Shown in pieces: positions 1-10,042 of a stretch of DNA of 64,000 bases. The notes under the pieces are model-generated. The model made no database searches, had not been told where the DNA came from, and saw only the letters and a program-made list of their open reading frames with translations. The stretch comes from an uncultured beta proteobacterium (GTDB lineage: Bacteria; Pseudomonadota; Gammaproteobacteria; Burkholderiales; JAEUMW01): contig CAVRDD010000054.1 in assembly GCA_963719715.1 (NCBI GenBank), positions 7,383 to 71,382 of the forward strand. Direction: 5' to 3'. Made by a program: the position numbers and the translations under genes. Within the stretch, counting starts at the first letter, position 1. Each line of letters starts with the position of its first letter.

Positions 1-339
1 GTGTGGAGGGCGAACCTGAAGGGCGCGCGCCGCACAGCGCGGTCGCACCCATCGTATCCAAGGATTACGCATCCATCGCCCCAAGGATGGTGGAGCGCCT
101 CGATCGTTAGGTTAGCTGTCCTCGCAGGGGTCGCCCTTGCCGTCTTCGGTTGCAGCCAGCCGCGGCCAGCGGGTCCGACCGTGAATCTCTCCGGATACTC
201 GCAAGCGTTCAAGGAGGGGTTCGCGGCCGGCTGCAAGACGGCGCGCGGCAACCCGACCAAGGATGCCGAGCGGCACCGCCTCGATACGGACTATCGACTG
301 GGCTGGGATGACGGCCTGAGCGTCTGCGCCAAGCGCTGA
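1..339 (+). CDS. small putative lipoprotein (5' end at or beyond window edge)
   Basis: ORF is open from base 1 to the stop at 337-339. Hydrophobic stretch LAVLAGVALAVFGC ends in a lipobox-like Cys. No family recognised. Confidence 0.4.
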   Translation: MWRANLKGARRTARSHPSYPRITHPSPQGWWSASIVRLAVLAGVALAVFGCSQPRPAGPTVNLSGYSQAFKEGFAAGCKTARGNPTKDAERHRLDTDYRLGWDDGLSVCAKR

Positions 340-354
340 CGACGCCGCTGCAGT

Positions 355-2478
355 TCAGGGGGTGCTGCCTTTCACCCGCGTGATCCGCACCACTTCCTGA
401 ATACGCCGCAGAGCGCGCATTACCTGGGCGAGGTGCAGCCGATCGTGCACCTGCAACGTGAAGTGAACGGTGCTGTACTGACCGCCGTCCTCGGTGTCCA
501 TGCTGACGTTGTCGATGTTCGACTCGGCGTCCGCGATCTCGGCGGCGATCCGAGCCAGCACGCCGCGCCGATTGAGCGCGACGAGCTTGATGCTGACATC
601 GAAGAGCTTCTTCGTCTCCGGATCCCACTCCACGTCCAGATACTTCTCCGGGTCCGCACGCATCTTCGCCATGACCGGGCAGTCGTGGGTGTGGATCACC
701 ATGCCCTGGCCTTTCTTGATCCAGCCGATGATCGGGTCGCCGGGAATCGGTCGGCAGCACTGCGCGAACTGGATCGTCATCCCTTCCGTGCCGCGGATGA
801 CGACGGTGCCGGTATGCTTCATGTCCATGGGTGCCGCTTCGGTCATCGACAGCAGTTCGCGGGCGACGACCACTGACAGCCGCTTGCCGAGCCCGATGTC
901 GGCCAGGATCTCGTCCTTGCCGCGCACGCGTGCGTCCCGCACCAGCCGCTCCCACGTCGCCTGATCGATCTCCGCGAGACTGGCGCCGAAGCCGCCAAGC
1001 GCCTGCGCGAGCAGCCGTTCGCCGAGCTGACGCGACTCGTCGTACTGCATCGTCTTGAGGAAGTGCCGGATATGCGCCCGCGCCTTGCCGGTGATGACAT
1101 AGCCGAGCCAGGCGGGATTCGGCTTGGCGTGTACGGCGGTGATGATTTCGACACGGTCACCGCTCTTGAGCTCGGTGCGCAGCGGCATCAACTCGTCATT
1201 GATCTTCACCGCGACACAGCGGTTGCCAATGTCGGTGTGCACGGCGTAGGCGAAATCGACGGCGGTCGCGCCGCGCGGCAGCGACATGATCTTGCCCTTC
1301 GGCGTGAAGACGTAGGCCTCGTCCGGGAAGAGGTCGATCTTGAGGTGCTCGAGGAACTCGATCGAGTCGCCGCTCTCCGACTGGATCTCGAGCAGGCTCT
1401 GCAGCCACTGATGGGTTTTGTGCTGCAGGTCGTTGAGCGTGGAGTCGGCGCTCTTGTAGAGCCAGTGCGAGGCGACACCCGCCTCCGCGATCTTGTGCAT
1501 GTCGGCAGTGCGGATCTGCACTTCGAGCGGCATGCCGTAGGGCCCGAACAGCGTCGTATGCAGCGACTGGTAGCCGTTGGTCTTGCCGATCGCGATGTAG
1601 TCCTTGAACTTGCCCGGGATCGGCTTGTAGAGCCCGTGCAGTGCGCCAAGTGCGAGATAGCACGACGGCACGTCCTTCACCTGCAGGCGGAAGCCGAAGA
1701 TGTCGAGCACCTTGGAAAAGGGCAGCCGCTTCTCCTTCATCTTGCGGTAGATGCTGAAGATGTGCTTCTCGCGGCCGGTGACGCTCGCCTCGATCTTGCA
1801 GTCCTTGAGCCGCGCGCGGATGCCCTCCAGGATTTTCTGCACCACTTCGCGCCGGTTGCCGCGCGCCGACTTCACGGCCTTCGACAGCACGCGGTAACGG
1901 TCCGGATGCAGATGCTGGAAGGCGAGATCCTCGAGCTCGTGGTAGATGCTGTTCAAGCCGAGCCGATTCGCGATCGGCGCATAAATCTCCAGCGTCTCGC
2001 GCGCGATGCGGCGGCGCTTCTCGGGGGCGAGCCCGGAGAGCGTGCGCATGTTGTGCAGACGGTCGGCGAGCTTGATGAGGATGACGCGCACGTCGCGCGC
2101 CATCGCCAGCAGCATCTTGCGAAAGCTCTCGGCCTGGTGCTCCTCCTGAGTGGCGAACTCGACGCGGTCGAGCTTGGAGACACCGTCGACCAGCTCGGCG
2201 ACGTGCTTGCCGAACTTGCGCGAGATCTCGCCCTTGGTGACTGACGTGTCTTCCATCACGTCGTGCAGCAGCGCGGCGGTCAGTGCCTGCGGGTCGAGAT
2301 GAAGGTCTGCGAGGATGGTGGCGACGGCCAGCGGGTGGACGATGTAGGGATCGCCCGTCTTGCGGAACTGACCTTCGTGTGCGGCTTCGGAGAAGTGATA
2401 AGCAGATTCGAGCTGCGCGACGTCTTCCGCCTTGAGGTGGCCGGTGAGACTCTTGAGCAGCGTCTGCTGTTCGGACAT
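355..2478 (-). CDS. spoT: bifunctional (p)ppGpp synthetase/hydrolase SpoT/RelA
   Basis: 707-aa ORF with an HD hydrolase motif (LLHDVMEDT), a RelA/SpoT synthetase core (GYQSLHTT) and a TGS/ACT-like C-terminus. It lies in the conserved gmk-rpoZ-spoT order. Confidence 0.95.
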   Translation of the reverse strand: MSEQQTLLKSLTGHLKAEDVAQLESAYHFSEAAHEGQFRKTGDPYIVHPLAVATILADLHLDPQALTAALLHDVMEDTSVTKGEISRKFGKHVAELVDGVSKLDRVEFATQEEHQAESFRKMLLAMARDVRVILIKLADRLHNMRTLSGLAPEKRRRIARETLEIYAPIANRLGLNSIYHELEDLAFQHLHPDRYRVLSKAVKSARGNRREVVQKILEGIRARLKDCKIEASVTGREKHIFSIYRKMKEKRLPFSKVLDIFGFRLQVKDVPSCYLALGALHGLYKPIPGKFKDYIAIGKTNGYQSLHTTLFGPYGMPLEVQIRTADMHKIAEAGVASHWLYKSADSTLNDLQHKTHQWLQSLLEIQSESGDSIEFLEHLKIDLFPDEAYVFTPKGKIMSLPRGATAVDFAYAVHTDIGNRCVAVKINDELMPLRTELKSGDRVEIITAVHAKPNPAWLGYVITGKARAHIRHFLKTMQYDESRQLGERLLAQALGGFGASLAEIDQATWERLVRDARVRGKDEILADIGLGKRLSVVVARELLSMTEAAPMDMKHTGTVVIRGTEGMTIQFAQCCRPIPGDPIIGWIKKGQGMVIHTHDCPVMAKMRADPEKYLDVEWDPETKKLFDVSIKLVALNRRGVLARIAAEIADAESNIDNVSMDTEDGGQYSTVHFTLQVHDRLHLAQVMRALRRIQEVVRITRVKGSTP

Positions 2479-2620
2479 GGCGGCGACGATCAGCTTCGGA
2501 CCGTTCGCCTGTGACAGCGAGGATCAGCCGGAAGCTGCCCCTCCTCTTGCGAGCGTTCTGACGGCAGCGCGTGCCTCACGCGGCCGTCGCAATCGATTCG
2601 AGGTCGTGCGCCGGTCACAC

Positions 2621-2827
2621 TCAGGTCTGACCCCGGTTGAGTATCTCCCGGCCGACCTTGCCCACTGCCATTTCGCGCAGCGCGATGACGGTGGGTTTGT
2701 CCTTGTTCGCCTCGACCAGCGGGGTGGCGCCGTTCGCGAGCTGGCGGGCGCGGTAGGTCGCAGCGAGCGTGAGCTCGAAGCGATTCGGAATGTACTTCAA
2801 TACGTCGTCAATGGTAATGCGTGCCAT
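2621..2827 (-). CDS. rpoZ: DNA-directed RNA polymerase subunit omega
   Basis: 68 aa, [30 protein letters not shown]..., a typical omega subunit. ATG at 2827 was chosen inside the longer ORF 2621..3019. Confidence 0.93.
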   Translation of the reverse strand: MARITIDDVLKYIPNRFELTLAATYRARQLANGATPLVEANKDKPTVIALREMAVGKVGREILNRGQT

Positions 2828-3449
2828 GGATGGGACTTGAGTCGAATTGATGGAGAAGGTTCGGATGCCGGTGCAGCTGTATCGTCGTCCGCAGGCGCTC
2901 GGCGCGCACGATGCCGACCAAGTCCTGAACCGCCTCGTCGAATCGCTCGTTAATAATAACATAATCAAATTCAGCAACATGGGCGATCTCCTCGCGCGCC
3001 GCCGCGAGCCGGCGCGCAATCACCTCTGCACTGTCGGACGCGCGTCCGCGCAGGCGCTGCTCCAGCGCTGCCATGGAAGGCGGCAGCACGAAGATGCCGA
3101 TCGTCCCAGCGAACGAACGGCGCACCTGCGCCGCGCCCTGCCAGTCGATCTCCAGCAGAATGTCCTCACCGGCAGCGAGCCGCTCCGACACCCAGGTGCG
3201 TGACGTGCCGTAGAAGTTGCCGTGCACTTCAGCGCTTTCCAGCAACTCGCCGCGCTCGCGCATCGCCTCGAAGATCTGCACGGAGACGAAGCGGTAATCA
3301 CGGCCGTCGACTTCGGCCGCTCGCGGTGCGCGGGTGGTGAAGGATACCGACAGGCGTACCGCCGGGTCCGCCTGCAACAGCGCCGCGACGAGGCTGGTCT
3401 TGCCGGCACCCGATGGCGCCGCAACGATGATGAGGTTGCCGAGATTCAC
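2808..3449 (-). CDS. gmk: guanylate kinase
   Basis: P-loop [11 protein letters not shown], about 213 aa, GTG start at 3449. Overlaps the rpoZ start by 20 nt. Confidence 0.92.
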   Translation of the reverse strand: MNLGNLIIVAAPSGAGKTSLVAALLQADPAVRLSVSFTTRAPRAAEVDGRDYRFVSVQIFEAMRERGELLESAEVHGNFYGTSRTWVSERLAAGEDILLEIDWQGAAQVRRSFAGTIGIFVLPPSMAALEQRLRGRASDSAEVIARRLAAAREEIAHVAEFDYVIINERFDEAVQDLVGIVRAERLRTTIQLHRHPNLLHQFDSSPIHGTHYH

Positions 3450-3570
3450 AGCGCGAGTTTAACCCGAGATTTCCGTCTCGCTCGCTTCGACTCTGCCGTG
3501 GCCGGCGAACCGGGTCGGCGGCGACCCGGTTCGCCCCGCAAGCACGCGCCGCAGCCATGCATTCGGGCGT

Positions 3571-4266
3571 ATGCTTTCGCGCCATCGACACTTCTGCCAG
3601 CGATCGCCGATGCCGATGTGGACATGGAATCTCAACTGGGGTCAGGTACGCGACGACATCATCATCGGCGCCTGCCCGCGTGCCGCGACTGACATCGACG
3701 CGATCCAGGCTGGCACCGGGGCGACGGCGCTTCTGTCCGTGCAGTGCGACGATTGCAGATCGGCACTGCGCATCGATCTCGACCAGCACATCCGGCAGGC
3801 AGGTCGACGCGGCATGGTGCTCAGGAACACGCCGATGCGCGATTTCGACATCGAGGACCAGCGCCGCCACCTGGTCGACGCGGTCGTGGGTTTGGCGCGA
3901 CTGCTGCGCTCCGGTCACCGCGTCTACGTCCACTGCACTGCCGGCATCAACCGCGCGCCGCTCACCGTGTTGGGTTTTCTGACCTTCGTCGAGGGTCTGC
4001 AGCACGACCAAGCGCTGGCGCTGATCCACGCCGGTCGACCTCAGGCCGAACCCTACTGGGATGCCTGGCGTGGCTGCCGCAATGACTTGGTCGAGTTGCA
4101 CCGCCCGGCGATCGAAGCTCGGGCATGGGAGATCTCGCAGTACCACCGGGAAGCGAGCGCACAAGAGAACTGGAGTCGAGCCGAGACAGACGTGATCCGC
4201 GCGCGGTTGCTTGCCGCTGCGACCGCCACCGACTCGCGCCGCGATCCAACCTGCGCCGACAGGTGA
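3571..4266 (+). CDS. dual-specificity / protein-tyrosine phosphatase family protein
   Basis: HCxxGxxR active-site signature VYVHCTAGINRAP. Start is ambiguous (ATG at 3571, 3610 or 3616). Confidence 0.7.
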   Translation: MLSRHRHFCQRSPMPMWTWNLNWGQVRDDIIIGACPRAATDIDAIQAGTGATALLSVQCDDCRSALRIDLDQHIRQAGRRGMVLRNTPMRDFDIEDQRRHLVDAVVGLARLLRSGHRVYVHCTAGINRAPLTVLGFLTFVEGLQHDQALALIHAGRPQAEPYWDAWRGCRNDLVELHRPAIEARAWEISQYHREASAQENWSRAETDVIRARLLAAATATDSRRDPTCADR

Positions 4267-4301
4267 CAGCAGATTCGTCAGTCCCGCCAGTCCATGCAGG
4301 A

Positions 4302-5780
4302 ATGACGAAGAGGCTTGGAGCGCGTGCACTGTGCCTGGTCGCACTTTTCGCGATTGCGCTTGCCCGGGTTTGCGCCGCGCAGCCGACCGACCCGACCCTC
4401 GTGACGATCGAGGGCGGAACGGTGCGCGGTGTGGCAACGGGCGATGTTGTCTCGTGGAAGGGAGTCCCTTACGCCGCGCCCCCCTTCGGCAGCCTGCGCT
4501 GGCGGGTGCCGCAGCCAGTGCCAGCCTGGACCGGCGTGCTGCCGGCGGGCAAATTTGGCCCGAGCTGCATGCAGCCTCAGGTCGTGGACGTCTCGGAAGA
4601 CTGTCTGACGCTCAACGTCTGGCGGCCGACGGCGCGACCGGCACAGCCGCTTCCAGTCATGGTCTGGATCCACGGCGGTGCGATGGTCCGCGGCGGGACG
4701 ACTATGTACCCGGCGGACGCAGTCGCCGCGCAGGGTGTGATCGTCGTCAGCATGAACTACCGTCTCGGCCGGCTCGGATTCTTTGCCCACCCGGCGCTCG
4801 CGGCCGAAGCACCCGGCGACGTGCGCGGCAATTACGGCTTCATGGACCAGCGTGCGGCGCTGCTCTGGGTGCAGCGGAACATCGCGGCATTCGGTGGCGA
4901 CCCCGCGCAAGTCACACTCCTCGGTGAGTCGGCGGGCGGCGGTGCGGTGCTCGCCCACCTCGTGTCGCCGATGTCGCGCGGCCTCTTCCAGCGCGCGATC
5001 TTGCAGTCACACGGCACGCCGGGCGCGCGGGCGCAGGTCGTGCCCTCGTCCACGCTCGCAGCCGCGGAGAAAATCGCGGTGGAGTGGTCGCGCTCGGTGG
5101 GCGTCAAGGGTGAGGGGATCACGGCACTTGCGCAACTGCGTGCGCTTTCGGAGCGGCAGCTTATCGAGGGAGTTTCCGCACCTGCAGTGCTCGCGGCGCT
5201 GTCCGCGGGAACAGTGGCCCCGGGCATGGCCATGTCGATCATCGACGGGCAGTTCCTCATCGAACCGCCCGAGGCGGCGCTCGCCGCGGGGCGCCAGGCG
5301 ACGATGCCCGTCATCGTCGGCACGAACGACCGCGACCTGGCGCTTGGCGCCGCCAGAAGCAAGAACGAGTTGTTCGCTGCCTTCGGCCCCAACGCTGGCG
5401 AGGCGCGCAAGCTCTACGACCTGCGCGGCGACCAGACCCTGGACGAACTCAAACAGCAGGTCTTCGCCGACCGGACGATGGCGGAGCCGGCGCGGCATCT
5501 TGCCGATGCATCGGCGCGGGCCGGCGCGCCAGTGTGGACGTACCGCTTTGCATACGTGGGCGAATCGCAGCGGGGCAAGCTCATGGGTGCGCCGCATGGC
5601 TTCGAGATTCCCTACACCTTCGACCTTCCCGCCGCCGTGCTCGGTGACAAGGCCACGCCGACCGACAAGGCGATGGGCGACCTCGTGAGCGCTTACTGGG
5701 TTTCCTTCGCGAAGACCGGCGATCCGAACGGCGGCGGCGACCGGTCTGGCCGCAGCACGACCCTGCGGTCGACCGCCTGA
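4302..5780 (+). CDS. secreted type-B carboxylesterase/lipase (C-terminus frame-disrupted; conserved tail continues in another frame to 5872)
   Basis: Signal peptide MTKRLGARALCLVALFAIALARVCAAQ and motifs EDCLTLNVWRP and GESAGG. ATG 4302 was chosen within ORF 4125..5780. After GDPNGGG, the family-typical tail RPVWPQHDPAVDRLIHFANSG...LWEKSWSEGR* is readable in the -1 frame (5738..5872). Confidence 0.85.
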   Translation: MTKRLGARALCLVALFAIALARVCAAQPTDPTLVTIEGGTVRGVATGDVVSWKGVPYAAPPFGSLRWRVPQPVPAWTGVLPAGKFGPSCMQPQVVDVSEDCLTLNVWRPTARPAQPLPVMVWIHGGAMVRGGTTMYPADAVAAQGVIVVSMNYRLGRLGFFAHPALAAEAPGDVRGNYGFMDQRAALLWVQRNIAAFGGDPAQVTLLGESAGGGAVLAHLVSPMSRGLFQRAILQSHGTPGARAQVVPSSTLAAAEKIAVEWSRSVGVKGEGITALAQLRALSERQLIEGVSAPAVLAALSAGTVAPGMAMSIIDGQFLIEPPEAALAAGRQATMPVIVGTNDRDLALGAARSKNELFAAFGPNAGEARKLYDLRGDQTLDELKQQVFADRTMAEPARHLADASARAGAPVWTYRFAYVGESQRGKLMGAPHGFEIPYTFDLPAAVLGDKATPTDKAMGDLVSAYWVSFAKTGDPNGGGDRSGRSTTLRSTA

Positions 5781-5908
5781 TTCATTTCGCCAACTCCGGT
5801 GTCATAGTCGGCACCGACCCGCTCAAGCCGCGCCTCGACCTGTGGGAGAAATCGTGGAGCGAGGGGCGGTGATCGTCGACGTGGCGAGCGGCCGCGCATA
5901 AGGCCATC

Positions 5909-7378
5909 GTGTCCCTCTCGCGCACGCTCAAGTTCTTCATCGGCGCCGTCCTGCTTCTGGCGGCGATCGTGGCCGCCGTGGCCGTCGGCTTCGCCGCGCA
6001 GGCGTGGTGGCGGCACCCTGACCTCGATCCCTGGCATACGGTCCGGCTCGTCAACGAATTCAAGGCAGGCAGCAAGGCACCGCGGACGTTCGCGGAATAC
6101 ATTGCGCAGGAAGATCGTCTGTTCGCGGAGCTGCGGCAGAAGGTCTACGCATCGTCTGCGCGCGCCGAGCCAAGTGAGCTCGAACGCTATAGCACTGGCA
6201 CGCTCGCAGCACGCATCGCGCTCGACACTTCGGGCAACCGCACGCACGAGCTTGGGCACGCGGCGCCGCGCGGTGCGGCGGTCATGCTGCACGGGCTCTC
6301 GGATGCGCCGTACTCGCTGGAGACTGTCGGCCGGTTGCTGCACGAGCGCGGCTTCCATGTCGTATGGCTGCGGTTGCCGGGGCACGGCACGATTCCCGGC
6401 GCACTGCGCGACGTCGACTGGGAGGACTGGATGGCGGCTACGTCGCTGGCGCTGCGACATGCGGCAGAGCAGGCGCCCGGCAAGCCGCTGTATGTCGCCG
6501 GCTATTCCACCGGCGCGCCGCTTGCGCTGCTGCACGTGCTGCGCGCCATGGACGATCCGTCGCTCGTGATGCCGACGCGGCTCCTGCTGTTCTCGCCAGC
6601 GATCGGTGTGTCGCGCTTCGCAGTGATGACCAACATCGCCGCGCTGCTCGCGCCCGTGCCCGGGCTCGAGAAGGCCGCGTGGCTCGACGTGCTGCCCGAG
6701 TACGATCCCTACAAGTACAACTCGTTTCCGGTCAACGCCGCGAACCAGATCTATGGCCTGACGCGCGCGCTCGAAGCAGGGCTTGCGCGGGCGCATGCTC
6801 GTGGCACGCTCGACCGCGTGCCAACGGTCACGGCCTTCCAGTCGCTCGTCGACTCGACGGTACTGGCGGCGGACCTCGCGACACGGCTCTTCAAGCGGCT
6901 GCCGGCGCAGAAGGGACACGAGCTTGTGGTGTTCGACGTCAATCGCCGGGAGCTCCTGGCGAGCCTGATCGCGCCCGGCCCCAAGCGCGCGTTCGAACGC
7001 ATCGCGGCGGCCCCTGCGCTGCCGTTCCGTCTTACCGTGGTCGGCAACGCGAGCCGTGAGAGCGAGGAAGTCGTCGAGTGGATACGCGAGCCGGGCAGTC
7101 GCGAGGCCGTCCCGAACCCGACCGGCCTCGCCTGGCCCGGCAGGGTCTTCTCGCTCGGCCATCTCGCCATACCCACGCCGATCGACGACCCCATGTACGG
7201 GCTCACGCCGCGCAGCGCCCCCGACGGGCTCGCGATTCCGCTCGGGCGCGGCGCACCGAGCGGCGAGGCGGGCGCACTCGTCATTCCGCTCGGGCAATTC
7301 GCACGCCTGCGCAGCAATCCGTTCTTCCCGGTGATTGCAGAGCGGATTGAGGCAGCGGTAAAGGCGGACGCGCGATAG
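5909..7378 (+). CDS. membrane-anchored alpha/beta hydrolase
   Basis: N-terminal TM helix (FFIGAVLLLAAIVAAVAVGFAA), nucleophile elbow GYSTGA, and an HGLSDAPYS region. GTG start. Confidence 0.75.
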   Translation: MSLSRTLKFFIGAVLLLAAIVAAVAVGFAAQAWWRHPDLDPWHTVRLVNEFKAGSKAPRTFAEYIAQEDRLFAELRQKVYASSARAEPSELERYSTGTLAARIALDTSGNRTHELGHAAPRGAAVMLHGLSDAPYSLETVGRLLHERGFHVVWLRLPGHGTIPGALRDVDWEDWMAATSLALRHAAEQAPGKPLYVAGYSTGAPLALLHVLRAMDDPSLVMPTRLLLFSPAIGVSRFAVMTNIAALLAPVPGLEKAAWLDVLPEYDPYKYNSFPVNAANQIYGLTRALEAGLARAHARGTLDRVPTVTAFQSLVDSTVLAADLATRLFKRLPAQKGHELVVFDVNRRELLASLIAPGPKRAFERIAAAPALPFRLTVVGNASRESEEVVEWIREPGSREAVPNPTGLAWPGRVFSLGHLAIPTPIDDPMYGLTPRSAPDGLAIPLGRGAPSGEAGALVIPLGQFARLRSNPFFPVIAERIEAAVKADAR

Positions 7379-7384
7379 GCAGAA

Positions 7385-7760
7385 CCAACCCTGTGTCGGC
7401 GACGACTGGAGTCAAGTCGTCGAGCAGACGGAGTGTGCACATTACTCGACGCAGCACCGCTACGGTGCCAGTCGGCGGTCCTGGCCATGCAAGAGAGACG
7501 GGCGCCTCGCGATTACGAATAGCAGGGCCGAGAGCGCTTGGTCTTGCGCCGCAGCAGCGACCTGAAGGTCGACAGAGTGTGACCTCGGGCTCACACGATC
7601 TGGCTGAGTGCCGTTTGCCGCAGGACAAGATAAAGCGGTGTACCCAATAGACATACGCCTGCTCGGCGCGGTAGCTATAATGCTTGTAGCGAATGGCGTG
7701 GCGCAGTTGCTCGAGCAGCCGGGGTTTGGGTTCGGGATCGGCGGTGCGGAAGTCAGACAT
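7385..7760 (-). pseudogene. 5' remnant of an integron-integrase-like tyrosine recombinase (frameshifted, C-terminal catalytic half missing)
   Basis: The minus-strand translation PRLLEQLRHAIRYKHYSYRAEQAYVYWVHRFILSCGKRH closely parallels the IntI1 N-terminus as I recall it ([37 protein letters not shown]). A second frame gives VAAAAQDQALSALLF (compare IntI STHRQALAALLF). Similarity ends at the hydrolase gene boundary. Confidence 0.6.
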
Positions 7761-7849
7761 AGCGTTCCTTGACGGCCTGACGCTTATGCTGACAGTATTC
7801 AAGATACGTCGGTGATTACAAGCGCCGAACTTCGGATCGAAGATTCGGT

Positions 7850-7867
7850 GACGCAATTAATTGCGTC
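7850..7867. promoter_or_regulatory. perfect 18-bp palindrome GACGCAATTAATTGCGTC, 46 nt upstream of the OLD-family gene
   Basis: Read directly from the sequence. It lies in an AT-rich leader between the integrase remnant and the ATG at 7913. Candidate operator; function unproven. Confidence 0.35.
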
Positions 7868-7912
7868 GTTTTCGGACGTATTACATCACGTTAGCCTTCA
7901 CGGAAAGCAGTC

Positions 7913-9610
7913 ATGCGTCTTGTATCGTTCTCAGTCACTAATTTTCGCAGCATCACTGACGCTCACAAGATACCAATCGGTGATTCGACCGTTCTCCTGG
8001 GGCGCAATAACGAAGGCAAGTCAAATGTCCTACGCGCTCTGAACATCGCGATGAAGGCGTTGACCACACACGCGACGGAAGAGACCTACTTTTTCCGAGA
8101 TCCGCGAGATTCTCAAGCCTATTCCTGGCGTCGCGATTTCCCCATTTCTCTCCAGTCGCGAACAAGCGGCCTAGAGTCAATCTTTCGCTTGGAGTTCGAA
8201 CTCACTGACCACGAGACGGACGAATTTCGCGAAACGATTAAGAGTAACCTGAACGGCAACTTGCCGATCGAGGGCAAATTCGGCCGCACAGGCAGGGTAG
8301 ACATCAACGTGCGCAAGCAGGGCCATGGCGGCCCTGCCCTTTCGGCCAAGTCAGGGAAGATTGCGAAGTACGTTGCCGAGCACATTCAATTTATCTACAT
8401 CCCCGCCGTGCGTACGGAGGACGAGGCGATATCTGTGGTTCAAGAGATGCTCTCAACGGAACTCGCTCAGCTAGAGACGGACGCAGAGTACATAGCTGCA
8501 CTGCAGAAGATTGCAGATTTGCAGCAACCAGTGCTGGACAAAGTGTCTGAGTCAATTCGCAAGTCGCTGACACAGTTCCTGCCTGGTATTAGAGGTGTCA
8601 CGGTAAGAGTTCCATCATCGGCACGACGTGTAGCGCTTCGTAATCAGTGTCAAATCGAAATTGACGATGGTTCTCGGACGCTGCTCGAGTACAAGGGCGA
8701 CGGAGTAAAGAGTCTCGCTGCGCTTGGACTTCTAAAAAACAAAGGCGTTGCCGAAGGCGCATCCATTGTCGCCATCGAGGAGCCGGAATCACACCTGCAC
8801 CCAGGTGCGATGCACAGCCTGAGAGAGGTGATCGATACCCTTACCGCCAACAACCAAGTCGTGCTGACTACACACTGCCCGCTGTTCGTTGACCGAACCA
8901 CGATCGATCGAAACATCATCATTGACAGGAATACTGCGAAGCCTGCAAAAGACATCTCTTCGATCCGGTCGCTGCTCGGAGTTCGCGCGTCCGACAATCT
9001 TGTAAATGCAAGTCATGTTTTGGTCGTTGAAGGCGACGAGGACATCATTGCGCTCACAGCCTTCCTTCCTCATCTAAGCCCTACCATTGCCAAGGCGCTA
9101 AAGCAGTTCCAGTTGGTGCTTGAACAAATCGGTGGCGCCGGAAACCTCTCGTACAAGCTGTCAACCCTCGCAGATGCCCTTTGCGTTACGCATGTTTTGC
9201 TCGACAACGACGAGGCGGGCAAGAAGGCCTATGAAAAAGCAGTGGGCGAAGGCATGCTGCGCATGGCGGACACTACCTTCGTGAACTGCAAGGGCATGCC
9301 CGCTTCTGAGCTTGAAGACACCTTTGACAGTGGCATCTACAGCGCAGGGATTCTTGACTCCTTTGGCGTTGACATTGCTGATGCAGCGTTTCGAGGCAAC
9401 GCGAAGTGGTCGGACCGAATCAAGGCCTGCTTTGAGAAGCAAGGTAAGCCTTGGGGCGATGCAACCAAAGCTCAAGTTAAGGCCGTCGTTGCTCGGGAAG
9501 TTGCCAAGCGGCCTAGCGATGCCTTGAGTCCACACAAGCGCTCCGCTATGGACGCCCTTGTGTCTGCGCTGGAGCGAAAACTGCAGACAAAGGGAGCGCG
9601 TGCGACGTGA
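7913..9610 (+). CDS. OLD-family ATP-dependent endonuclease (ABC-like ATPase + Toprim)
   Basis: Walker A GRNNEGKSN; Walker B/D-loop IVAIEEPESHLHP; Toprim motifs VLVVEGDEDIIAL and LLDNDEAGKKAY. 565 aa. Local GC is visibly lower than the flanks. Confidence 0.85.
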   Translation: MRLVSFSVTNFRSITDAHKIPIGDSTVLLGRNNEGKSNVLRALNIAMKALTTHATEETYFFRDPRDSQAYSWRRDFPISLQSRTSGLESIFRLEFELTDHETDEFRETIKSNLNGNLPIEGKFGRTGRVDINVRKQGHGGPALSAKSGKIAKYVAEHIQFIYIPAVRTEDEAISVVQEMLSTELAQLETDAEYIAALQKIADLQQPVLDKVSESIRKSLTQFLPGIRGVTVRVPSSARRVALRNQCQIEIDDGSRTLLEYKGDGVKSLAALGLLKNKGVAEGASIVAIEEPESHLHPGAMHSLREVIDTLTANNQVVLTTHCPLFVDRTTIDRNIIIDRNTAKPAKDISSIRSLLGVRASDNLVNASHVLVVEGDEDIIALTAFLPHLSPTIAKALKQFQLVLEQIGGAGNLSYKLSTLADALCVTHVLLDNDEAGKKAYEKAVGEGMLRMADTTFVNCKGMPASELEDTFDSGIYSAGILDSFGVDIADAAFRGNAKWSDRIKACFEKQGKPWGDATKAQVKAVVAREVAKRPSDALSPHKRSAMDALVSALERKLQTKGARAT

Positions 9611-9674
9611 AGCCTCTCTCTCAAGAAACACCTCCCAGGTGACTGGTTTTGAGCAATGTTTTCAAGCGGGTCGT

Positions 9675-10005
9675 TCAGTTGGCGACGAGTTTCATACCCA
9701 ACTTTTCGGCGCGCAGGGCGAGTTGGCGCAGGACGCGTTGGCGGTAGCGCTCTTCGTAGTAGTGCTGACCTTGATCGGTGTATTCCTCGCCCTTGGTGAG
9801 CATCGTGTCGATCAGCCGCGCCAGTTTGTGCTCGGCAGCGGTGACGGCCTTGAGTTTGTCCATGTGTGAGCACATGCGCCGGAAGTACGCGCCGAGCGCC
9901 GACTGGCTCGAACGCAGCGCCGCGGCGGCCAGTCGCAGGGCTTGCGCGGCGCGGTTGGCGCAGCGCTTGGTCTTGCCGCACATGAGCTTGCCGCCGGTGA
10001 TCGAG
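9675..10005 (-). mobile_element. IS110-family transposase 3' fragment (C-terminal ~110 codons only)
   Basis: Minus-strand translation ...GKTKRCANRAAQALRLAAAALRSSQSALGAYFRRM...EERYRQRVLRQLALRAEKLGMKLVAN*. The N-terminal catalytic half is absent. Confidence 0.7.
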
Positions 10006-10042
10006 CCTCACAGATCGTATCCCATGTGATACATTCACTCGC

